Assembly: GCA_051362555.1 (NCBI GenBank)
Contig: CM120640.1
Coordinates: 26,336,225 to 26,400,224, forward strand
DNA: 64,000 nucleotides
Direction: 5' to 3'
Source: Lingula anatina
Lineage: Eukaryota; Animalia; Brachiopoda
Part shown: piece by piece, positions 44,406-56,363 of the stretch
How the letters are laid out: each line of letters opens with the position of its first letter
Position numbering within the stretch: the first letter of the stretch is position 1
Notes under the pieces: generated by a model
Database searches by the model: none
The model's input: only the letters and a program-made list of their open reading frames with translations
What the model was told of the DNA's origin: nothing
Position numbers and translations under genes: made by a program

Positions 44406-46142
44406 ACATCAGCTTGTAGATCCTCTGCTTGGTGAATGTCACTTGTACCGAGCTGAGTGCACGTTCTCTTTTTTATGAGTAATTATTCAGTAATAATTTT
44501 ATCAAATTAGACTGTAAAAGCAACACAACAACACTTAACAACAACACAATATCTCTTATCATTTACTTTCCCCCATCCCCTACCCCAATAAAAAAAAATT
44601 GAACAGAAGCTATTTAGAACATCCAAAAGATTAGTTGAATTAAATATTCGTCTTTCGACGAAATGCGCACACAAATATTTTACGTAGCGGGCATATGTGC
44701 CGATGTAAACGTTGCATCATACTTAAAGGATTACACTAGTCAATGTGATACCTGCTCTCCGCAATGTTTAATTCAATATTTTATATCACTTCCCCCAAGA
44801 AGGTCGAGAACGTGCTGAAGATCGCAAAACTATTGAACCCGTGCTATTATGCTCCCTCTCTCTTTTTCTTATTGGTACGAACCCAATGGAATCACTTTCT
44901 TATATAACCCTTATTTTCTCATAGCAAAATACTGCTGTTTAAGGGAGAGCAACAAAAAAGGACATTAAATTTCAAAGTTTCGGTAGACATTGCCTGGGGA
45001 TATTGTTTCTAGAAACCGAATTCTGGGAGAACACATCTTTAAATTGTCTTCAGTGCTAGCTCCCACTCAGGCACCCCCAGGTCAATTCAATTGCAAATCA
45101 TCAACATCCGACGTGCTTCTGTGAACACGCGGAAAGGATTGTGATGTTCCATAGAAAGACACAAAAACAACACTAGAAATTCGTTCTGAGAATACTCGAG
45201 GAAATAATAATCGCAGCTTTGCTTCCCCGCTTGTTTTACACACGCGTCCCGTTGTTTAATGTGTTTTTACTATCAACTCTCTCAGTTATTCCAAGGGACC
45301 ACTCGTCCACACTTCACACTGATTGAAATGTTTGACTTTTGATGTCTGTGCGTCATTTGCGGAAGGTGGTTAGCCGCTAATGGACCGCGCGCTATTTCAT
45401 TGAACCCATCCGTTTAATTACTTAATGCAATAAACAAGACACCAACGAAAGCGTGCTGCAAAAAAGATTAGAGTTCATTGGTTGATACCACACCTGCAAA
45501 TTTGGACTTTTTGTAATGCCATGCATCCTTTACTGGACTAACGTACAGTAGGAAACTCGCAAAATCGTAACTTGTTACTTGATTTGTTTTCTTTATTACA
45601 ATCTACTTCAACATATTTCTGCCTCTGGTGGAAAGAAGGCTATGAGGTGGAAATATAGATGGGTGGGGAATGGGAGCGGCGCGCCTTCAAAACAGGGGTT
45701 GTTGGCGATGTAATTTGTAATTTGCATTTCACTAACTACCTCGAGGACGGCAGTGGGGAGGCACGGAGATGTTGGTCTGTAGCCCTACATTGAGGAAATT
45801 TGTGGCGATAGATGCCTGTGCCCTGTCTTCGGGATTAGCAGGGGTCGTTCCTTGTACCAGGTAACCCGAACACAATAATTCAAGCACCTTTCCATGCAGA
45901 AGTGGAAAAATGACGAATCTTAAACGGTAGTCCCCGACTCTGAAACTTGGCTCTATACTCCTTGCCAAATTCATTGCCTCAAGGTATTTCTGTGTCTGAT
46001 TACATCAGTTGAGATTGTTAATGAAATAGCTAAAACTTCAGTTCAATATTCAAATGTTCAGAGAGATACAGTGTCATCTCTGGGCAATATCAGAAACCCT
46101 TTACAATTTGACAGATACCTGAGTTAATATCTGTCACTCAAA

Positions 46143-46163
46143 AGATCAAAGGGCACCGCGCGC
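46143..46163. promoter_or_regulatory. Consensus TCF/LEF site with adjacent GC-rich Helper-like motif, ~2 kb upstream of Notum
   Basis: AGATCAAAGG at 46143-46152 followed directly by GCACCGCGCGC. Confidence 0.55.
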
Positions 46164-49100
46164 ACCTGGCTTTTTAATATTACCCAGTTTTGCCATCTCG
46201 AACAAGTACAACTTTATTAGGTTTTACTGGGGGCATTGTTATATATCGGCTATCATTATTTCTGGTAGTATGGACAATGAATCCAGCCGTTCGTCGGTGC
46301 GCAAATCAAAATTGTAGCGGGTGTCTGAAACAATGTGAAAAGGCGTCATCAACTTTTGCGACATTTAAATTATTCTTTACAAAGTAAGGCGGGTCCACAC
46401 TGCTAATGACCTTAGCTAACTGTCACACTTCCAGTCTGATTCTAGGTCTCAGTCAATGATTACTTTGGTCAATACAATAAGCAGTTTGCGGTTTTTCACG
46501 AAGAAAACCTCGCGCCAGGAACTTCTGGTACGATTTGGGACCCACCTTTGCGGTACTTATTCCATCGCAATGCCAATGGTTCACAGGCTTTGATGTCGAC
46601 CTGTCGCGTTAGGGCAGTCTGATAACTGGCATTTACAGAAATATTTTTCTTGATTTCCACAGAAAACGCCCACCAAACATGGTCTATATAATTATGTTAC
46701 TTCATTTCTCCAATTCACCCCACCCTCTATTATGTTCTGCTAGTGCGCAGACAAGTCGCAAATGAGGGGCGGTCACTCCGCTTGTTAATGCCCCCACGGC
46801 TTACGATTCTGAAAAGCCCCAATTAACTTTTTCGCTTTCTAGTCTTTCCACGGTTTATGTGGCTGAATGAACAAACAAGACTGGGTCCAAATATAACTTA
46901 GTCAAATAAACGGTAAAATGTCTTTCTCTGTGAAAGGCAAAGTATCATACCTGGAACTGCACTGCGGTGAAAGTGAAGAGTATGCTCCCTTTATTAATTT
47001 GATTAAGCTGTCTTTGGGAGGCGGGGAGATTTAGTCCCGAGTAAATACATTGAATTACACGCTTTTTAGGCACAGTATGCGATGGGCGCTTGGGGTTACT
47101 CAAGGTTGCTCACCAAATCAACCCATTGTGCACAACCGGCTGGGCTCTAATCCCCATTCAGGCTTAATTGACTGGGTTTCCAGGCTTTGAAGTTAATTAC
47201 CATTCAAAGGATTGCCGAATACAACAGTATTAGATTTCGCCGTGAAGAAGAAAGTTCCCATAGTTATATACGATCAAGTGGCGTAGTACGTGCCAGTATC
47301 TTCAGATGACCAATTTCACGTTTGTTTCCATTGTTATCATTTAGTTCTCCAAATGACATGACTTAGAGATGATGATTAAATAAAACTGACTATTTTATGT
47401 CCCTGTCGTGTTTTACTACTGTCCTTGTTAGCTATAGCGGGTTACTAACAAAGCAGCGAGTTAAAAAGTCAAGTGGTGACAAATGGATTACACCAACGCC
47501 ACTCGTTTCTTTCTCCCCACCTCCCCTAACGCATTCCGACCGATAAGTAATAAAATTGTGAATTAAATTGTTGCCTGTGATTACGTTTCATATTTTTCCA
47601 GCTTTCAAAAACATGCACTCCTAACGAACTTCTAATTTGGGTAACAAAATAAAGAAAATATTCCCATCCCGTTGATTGATTATTATGCAATAAGTACGAT
47701 GTAGATTTTGACATTCAGTTAGTTAGTAGGGAGAAAAATACAGTACGCGTATGATTAAAATACAGTTTCATAGTAACTTATTTTAAATCTAAAGGATAAA
47801 TAGCTCTAGGCATCTCTTTTAAAAGACATATATGTTTGCTTAAGCAAGAACGTTTATTTTTAAATAAACGAAGCGCAGCTTACCTGTAACGTCAACTATA
47901 TCTATCTTCAGCCTGAGAAGTATGCGCTTACTGAGATATCCTACAATGATGTCATGCTTAACATGAAAATCAAAATATTCTAAGACGAGCGCCAGACAGC
48001 ATGTGCCAGTAAATCCGAACGAAAAAAAATGAGATTCCTGGTTGTAATTATATAATCTGATAGTATATATTTTAGTTCCTTGTCTTACAGTGGTTTGCGA
48101 CAGAACCGTATCCCAGCACGTGTACACACACAACTACGTTTCCTCTCCAGATACAGGTGTTTTGAGGTATGCTGCCCGGTGCACGTACACTATCCAAATG
48201 CTGGTCGCTACACCTTCCTTCTAGTGATCTTTAACGCAAGGTAATTACCCCTTACAAACGGGGGGCACCCATTGGCTGGTCGCTTTTCAGGTTGCGGTCT
48301 CTTTCAACCCCAGCATGTTTACACGCGTTCGACGGGTATCAATCAAATAAACAATATACAACTACTTCTCTGGCACTCGTAGTAATCACTGATAATTGAA
48401 AAATTAAAGAAAACAAAGCCGTTTGAAGGTCTGTACGGCTTCGTTTTAGTGTATGAACTGTTTGTATTGGATGCCAAGTCAACTGGTTCGATATGGGCTT
48501 AACAACCTATGCGGGTCTTTGATGTAAGCATACCTTGGAGAGGGGGAAGAGAGGGGGTCACGGGGGTGGGCGCAAGTCTCCTCGTTCCACTTTGATGTAA
48601 GGAGAGCAACATGCTTCGAGGAAAGCAAAAAATAATAATTATTTGATAGGAAAATGTGTAACAAGTTTACGTGAAGTTAAACAAAGATTGATGAGAGACG
48701 ATAAAAGAGCACAGAAATTGATCAGTTTCCATATCCACGTATCATGGATTAAGTTATAAAAAAGTTTCACGCCTTAATTAATAGGAGGTGACTGGGCCTT
48801 TAATGTTCGTCTGATTGACAATCGGATCACATGCCGTAATGGCATCGTCCCAAAGTTTCTTTTGAACTAAGAACATTTAGCAGAGTTCAAAGGAGCACTA
48901 CTTTAATTAGCTACGTCAGCGAGTTATTTAAATCTCCGTCAGCAGAAAAATGCCAAAATGTGAATCAGGGCGACATACACGTTTTGACTACGATGTTGTG
49001 ACATTTGAAATTCTCGATAATACTCATGTTTATGATATATATATGTGTGTATATTTCCTAAAAAGCCTAGGCCAACCAGGGTGCGGTCTTAACCCCTCTT

Positions 49101-49204
49101 TTCCGACACACTAAATAACAGCCTCGGATCTAGCCCAAAGGGAAGAGAGACAAAACAAACCCCCCCCCCCCTTTCCTGGATCCGCCACTGTAAAATAGGC
49201 TCTG

Positions 49205-49405
49205 TTCTCACAACTTTTAGATCGATCTATCACCGCGGGGAGTCTCACTAGATTACTGTCAGATAATCCCCCTTAAGTGTCCGTCCCCGCCTACTACAAG
49301 CTTTAAGGGGTAATTAACTTTCGTGTCCGCCCGGCTGACAGCTATTTAGCGTGAACCCCCAGGGAGTTAGGTCGATCCAATGTAGGTCGATCTAATCTAT
49401 GAGAA
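49205..49405. mobile_element. Fold-back MITE-like element related to family A
   Basis: Left arm ttctca...tagatcgatctatcaccgcggggagtctcactagattactgtcag versus reverse complement of the right arm ttctca...tagatcgaccta...gggggttcacgctaaatagctgtcag. Shares gatcgatct..gcgggga..cacta with the copy at 26392. Confidence 0.7.
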
Positions 49406-52400
49406 TGGGGTGATAGACATTATCTTTTTCACACAATGAAAGGACAGACACGCATCAAGCACGTAGTGGAGGAAACGTTTTTCGACCAACTGATTTTTCA
49501 TGCTGCAACACACATTTAAGATTAATCTCAACAAGGCTAAAGCGTGATAAATACGCAGATTTATCTCAATATTGTAGTAGGAGCGACGATCATATTTACC
49601 TTAATTATGTGGATTAGGTCATATACTTTGATCAGTCGGGCAAATCCACATTTATCGAAGGGAGAAGCATACTATAATTGTGCTCCCACCGAGGGCGCCG
49701 CCCTTGACGATCTGATAAAAAGTACGATAAAGAAGTAAAAACTCGCGTCTGTGTCTCGTTGACAATAGAACCACTTGTCGGTCAAAGACAGCCTAAAAGC
49801 GACAGCGGAAGTATTAATTGACAATGGTGTTTCTGTCTAGCCACTCCAAACTTGAAAAATGATCATCACTTTACCTGCATAAGGTATCGGCTCTGTTTGA
49901 AAGTGAAATTTATAGTAATAACATACGTGAATCAAACATTTCGGTCTTTTCTATGAAGAATATGGACCTCTTTGATTTCAGCAGTCAAGCAGAGAGGGGA
50001 GTCAAAAGCATTTGTCCCTCTGACCCATCAGTTCTGATGGGTTCGATGAATGCAGTTGATAAAACATCCATTACACATTATAGATGTCTTTTGACATTAT
50101 TTTGACGCTGTCAGTTTGAAAAATATACGGTATACAGTTAAAAGTTACTTTACTTTATGTTTTAACTCACCTTTCGAAGTATTTAAATCATGTACGAGCA
50201 AACCGACTGAACAATCCATCGGCACAAAGTCTCTGTGTTTCTTGCTGGGTCTTCATCCATGCAAGTGACACTTCTTAATGTTCTTAGCTAATGCATGTTC
50301 AGTTTTACGTCTAGCTAGGTAAAATAAATCATTATACCTCGCCCTTGTATCACTAGATGCATAAGGCGATAAAATGCTTTATAACGCCAAAAAGGGAGAA
50401 ACAGTCAAATCGAGCTGTGATATCTAATATGAGATAAATTTGATATACGAGGGGAAATAGGTGGTATTGTTTTTTTTTAAACATATGATTGACAGATTGT
50501 TATTTTTAAAGGAACACAAAATGTGTCTTTATTTTCATTGGAAAACATGTCGCCAAGCGAACAAATAACAATCCATGTATTATAACTCTGATTTACCCTT
50601 TGTCTAGGGTCTCTCTCTTACCCTTTACCAGGACCTACAGAGTGATATTTGCAATACTAGATATGTCTCTGGTTAATTCTATGCATTTTACAGGACTGTG
50701 AAACAAGGGCGATGATTTTTAATGGAATTTACAACATTGATCAGTTGGATTCTTGTATAGAGTAGGTCTCTCTATCTGTTACCAAGTCAGATGAAAAAAA
50801 ATCTTCCAATTTTGTAATGGCGAGAGCAGACCTTTGGTTGTTTAAAAATTGAAATGAGACTCAAGTAAGTCAATACAGATGAAACTGAAATTAATTCAAG
50901 AAAAAAACCTTAGTAATTCTTTAAAACGATATATCACAAGAACGACTGCATGAATAAGATTCACTAGATTACGAGAAGACTTTTTGTTGAAATGGTTTTT
51001 CAGAATGATAGTGAACAGCCAACACCTTGTATCGCCAGGGAATTTAAGCAAGCCTTTGAAAGGAGCCATTATGTGTGCATAAAGAGTGGCCAGGTTTGTT
51101 TAGTAAACAGGAAATATACTTCTTTTGGTCAATGAGGGGTGCGGCCGGACATAGAGAGAAATCGATTAAGTTACGACGTATTGAACAAGATTGGAAAGAA
51201 TAGAGAAAGGGTGAACAAAATCTAATGGGACGTATCTAATTAATTAACTGAACATATTGATTGAACGAGTCTAATTATGTATTTAAGTTCGATTTCAAAT
51301 ACGCAGTGATCATTTTTCCAAAGTTTAACTAATCTAATCACCTGGATAAAATGGTATTAACCAAAGATCAAAAGAATAAGAAATTAAGTAGTGGACTTCA
51401 ATAACAAGAGCACAGACCTTGGGTATGTTATGATGAAAAGTATTGAAAAACTTAGTTTAGATGAACTGCACGACATAAAAGCCTCAAAAACTTGCCAAAT
51501 TATCTCAATCTCAAGAGAGTTGATTAGACAATGGCCAGACCTGTGTACTCACGCAGGCACACCAGTTGATTACAATGCTCAACTGTAATTAAATTTGCTG
51601 ATCAAAGAGCTGTTCGTGGGATATTGTTGAATTTATTCAAGAACGCGTGGACCTGTGTTTTCGTTCGGCTGGTGAGAAGGGAGCGAATTGCGTTCTCTCA
51701 GTATCCAGGGCTGTGGTCCAGGGTGAAGGGTGGAATGAACGCGCTCGAGGCGGTTGTTCTTTCCCTGCTGTTAATTTTGTTGTCTTCCAAACAACCTAAA
51801 TGGGTAAATATTTGGAAGCAATTGTTTCGTTACAGTAAAGAAAATCAAGAACTTACGATGTATTTACCTTGAAACCAAACATGATGTAGTTGATATCAAT
51901 ATTTTGTATTTTAAGAGTGCCATTAAGAGGTGCGGTTCTTGATTTTATGTCGCATAAGAAGTTCACTATTTTAATATTGACTGTTCTGTTTCTATGTCTT
52001 GAAATCCCCATACTACTCACACTGCGCCATTCCCACCTGTGGCGGTCATCTCATGTTTTCTTTAATGGAAACAAATAGATGTTGCGTCAATATGCCCAAT
52101 TTCTCAACTACTGAAGACCCAGAAAAGACATCGTGTCATTCAAAGTCACGACGTAAGAGTATCCTGTAAGGGATTATCCCGCTAATTTTCCTTGAAAAAT
52201 TTTCCCCTCTGCTCACGAAAGCATTGCTCGACCCGTCACTTTGCTTGGGTCCAGTGCTTTGTGACTTCTTATTCCATAACTTAGTTTTTCAACGAATTAA
52301 GTGTTCAGAAAATTTAGATTTAAAATATGACTTTAGGGCATTAGCAAGCATGTGTAGTAAACATTTAAATTTACTGACCCTATCAAGACAATAAGTGTAT

Positions 52401-53866
52401 AGATCTAGTAAAAGACTGGGTGAGAATGGCGATGGGGAAAAAATGTTGAGGCCCATAAAAGCATTAATTTACATAGTGTTGCGAAATACTTTAAATCGTA
52501 TCATTTATATGAGAGAAAGGGAGAAAAAAGATAGTATATAAACACACTTCCAATGGTGGGAGCCAAACACCCAAACCCAAGTGTCCAAAAATAAAATTGA
52601 ATGAATTCAAAGTTGTATTCATTTTTTAAAAACATATACGTGTATAGAACATAAATCCATATATTATAATTTGTAGTGATTTGTAGTGATTCAGTCATGG
52701 TAAATTATACATGACGTAAGAACGTTTTTCTAAATATTTAAACTATAACTCAAGGGGCTTTGCGTCATGGCTAATACTAGGGAACGTATGTTCCCCAGAA
52801 ATATTGTCAAAAAGTTTCATTTTGTTGGTGCAATAGAAAACATTGTTTTCTGTTGCTGACCAAAAAATATAATGTAATTCCATGATTGATTGACATTTCT
52901 TATATAATATTTGGATCATGAGGGAAAAATAATTTATTTAATGCTTGTTTTACTGTCAGTAGGGTGTATTTTCCCCTTTTTTTAATATTCAGTGACAAGC
53001 AACCTAAAGTCGCTCAAAAACATCCTAACCGCTCTATACAGAAGATTATTATAATTATTTATAACGTTATACTTGTAGGTGATGAATCAAAGAACAAAAT
53101 CAGTGATGATTGCATTTTCAAAGTGAGTAAAACATTTTACAGCTGGACGATTTGCATTAGTGACAGTTATACGTATGTTCTTTTTGGGGATAGACGATGA
53201 ATTATTTTTTATTATTCATACTTCCAGGGGAGTGAAACTTTGATACAAACTTCTTCATGTGGGACCCTAAAATAATCAAACATAGTTTGCAATCTGTGCA
53301 TTAAATATTTTAAGAGCATGCCTGTGACATCAATTGCACCTCTAAATTGGGTTTGGGTGCTAATAATTTAAATGATTTTTTAAAAAAGAAAAAAAAACAC
53401 TCATTCTATAACTGTTATGAGAAAGAAGTGAGATTGTATGAGAAACTCACAAGCACGGGGTGTGAGGGAAAGGTTGGATAAAAAAGGTCTACTATTACTG
53501 AATATTCATGACTATTCTGGAAAATTGAACCGAAGCAAAACTGACATTTTGCGAAAAATTCGTGTCCCGACCAAAAGACAAAATGATTTAAATGTCTATT
53601 TAAAAAATCATATTTCAACTATACATGTTTCCAAGGTGAATCTTTTAATTGGCATAAGACAGATCGCTCTTTTTTACCATGTGTTTAACAAATTAGATAT
53701 ATGTTTTTAGCTATAGATTGCATAAAGCATTTTTATAATATCCATTTTAAATTATGTCCCAGTCTTTCAGTGTTAATGAGATCCTTATATTGATTGGTTT
53801 CATTGACAGGGTTTTGTCTAGTTATATCGTTATAGGGCTCATTGCCAATGAAAGTATTGTTCTACA

Positions 53867-53915
53867 TAGATCGATCCAACTCAGCAGGACTCTCGCTAAA
53901 TGCAATCAGATTAAG
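53867..53915. mobile_element. Solo arm fragment of family A MITE
   Basis: tagatcgatccaactcagcaggactctcgctaaatgcaatcagattaag aligns with the arms of 26392-26618. Confidence 0.6.
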
Positions 53916-54592
53916 TGAATGACACATCTTATCTTGTTTCCTCGTATAATCACCATTTTTTACTCAACGCCATTTGCATTCATAGAACATCCCCGCAGAG
54001 TTTGATTGATCTTCGTTTAAGGCCGGTTTCGTTGGGAATTGACCCTTAGATGTTGACTCCTTTGAGGTAGGTAATAATTATAATGGTATTTTCATCAACA
54101 AAAGATGCATTAGGCCTACCAATCTAATACATATTTTATTATCAACATCATTATTTGCCTGCTTACATGTAGGGCCTACTTACTAAGTAACTTTTTACCT
54201 AATTACTTACTTTTGGTAAGTATGCAACCTAAGAGCGGAAGCCCTATATTTCAGTTTTTATTATTTTTTAAACGCGTGGTGAAATAATGTTATTTAGGCC
54301 TACCTACATGTAGAAAATTTTTACTAAAATTAACAAATAAATCAACAGCTAAAGAATTAATATAGCTTAACCCATCCATTTGACTTTCAATCACATTTCT
54401 GTGAACAGAATTTTTTAAAATTAACTAGCCTGTTATATTTTTTAGATTGGAATAACAAGCTAAAACAAGAAAACAAGAAGTTTTTAATAACGTTAGTTTT
54501 TAGGATAAACAGGTAGGAAACTTGTTGTAGGAGTGTTAAAATGATACTGAAATCAATGGTTGATTGGGATATTTATCACTTTGAAATATAAT

Positions 54593-54793
54593 AATTACCT
54601 CCGCCAAGGAGGTTATGTTTTCACCCCTGTTTGTCTGTCACAACACAACTCAAAAAGGAACTGTCAGAAGTGGGCCAAGGAACAGATGATTAGTTTTTGG
54701 TGGTGATCTGGATCAATAATCAATCAATAATCAATAATAATCAAAAATTGCTGCCTTGGCAGAGGTCTGCGCTCTTGGATTGCTTTTCTAGTT
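54593..54793 (+). mobile_element. Non-autonomous Helentron-derived element (HINE / DINE-1-like)
   Basis: Subterminal inverted repeats ACCTCCGCCAAGG (54597-54609) and CCTTGGCAGAGGT (54754-54766), a short GTTTGTCTGT core, an internal (ATCAATA)n repeat, a degenerate 3' hairpin and a TTTTCTAGTT end. This is the established DINE-1/HINE architecture. Confidence 0.8.
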
Positions 54794-56363
54794 TAGTAAC
54801 TGATATGATAAATTGGAGAGACGCCGGAGCCCTTCACGGGATTTGTTTCGTCTTGATCGCCAGAGCCCCCTATACTTCAATTGGTAAATACAGGTTTAGC
54901 GGGACTGGAGTAAAAGAAGCTTTTTCTTCGAGCATCTACTTTATCAATATGGTGAGTGGTTTTAAGCTTCCAAGACGATTTAATGGTTGCCTAGTAAGTG
55001 TCTTTCAAGTTCTATGTGTGTTGAATTCTTAAGCATACGTTTTAAAATTCGTAGCGCTCTGTGCTTTCTTCTCGCTACCAGGCGCTCCGCCGCCGAGGCA
55101 GTGCACTCATTTATGAAATGACATAAAAGAGATGAACCAAAGAGAGTTGAATCATTTGTGGATTGAGAATTTGAGAAAATGGGCTTTCCCCCTTATGAGC
55201 CGGTTGTTTTGATATCAAACAGTAGTCATAAAATGGTCATCAAAACAACTATTTGATTCAAATCAAATTATCTCTAGCTCTGCTTGTAAAGGCAATATAC
55301 AATTGTTTTATGATCAGGAATTTTGGCACTTTCTTATTGGTCAGGCGCCAGGATTAGTCGATTCAGCCCACGATCTCTCAATGCCATAATGTCATCAATG
55401 TGGTCTAGTGTAGTGTCTCACCATTGGTTTTGGTCAGTCATCTCAGCTTCGTTTTATATCTTGCCATGAGGTGACCTCACCCAAAGTCAGTAATAATGTA
55501 TTGTGCACTTTGACAGAGGTCAGAATGTTGTTTTGCTGTGATATCACCCAAGGTGCAGCTGAGGCTAACATCACTGTTTTTAAGGCATGCAAAACAATAC
55601 ATTGACATAGGTTTAAGTCTATAATTATTTAAATTTATAGTTCAATATCTGAACATCAGTGTTAAAAGTTTCAACTCCCCACATCGCCATCTGCCCACAT
55701 TGTCATTTGATTGACTGTATATTTCCTTTAATCTGATTGTTCAAAAAGCCAACAACTATGTAATGAGTCAATATTATATTTGGGGATTATGTCCGTTATC
55801 AGTATTACGTTTTATTAGACCTCAAATTGATGGACGTAAGATCATAAGATATGCTAACTGCACATTAATGTATGTTTAAAAAAAATACGTAATTTGATAA
55901 TATATTCATTTATGGTGTGTTGTCTGTAATTCTTTTTGGATATCAGTTGCATGCCAGCTGCTTTATTCAGGGTCTCAGATCCATAGTAATATCTTCAGAA
56001 ATCATCTTAGATATGCATGCTTTGAGTGAGAGCAAATTAGATGTTATGTTAAATGTATTTCAGCCAATGTGATTAAGGCAGATTTGGATCTGGATGTATA
56101 TTATGAAATAAGGGTTATTAAGTTCATTTTCAAGAGCAACTTGGTCTACTTGAAAGCCTGGCTAATAGCATGTGGATCAGGTAAATTTATTTTATGCTTT
56201 GTTGCACGTAACAATTGATAACTATCAGTGACACTGGTAGCCTAATTGACACAATTATAACTTGATACTATCTTGTAAAATTTCAGACTGTGTGGAAGAT
56301 AAAAAATTTGTAGCCAGAGTAAGCTAGAGTCCCAAGGAGACTTTAAAGGGAGACTGTCCAAGA

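Noticed and set aside
49160-49190. C-run plus CCTGGATCCGCCACTG, a transposon-like terminus
   Set aside because: Only one end is visible, so element boundaries cannot be defined.
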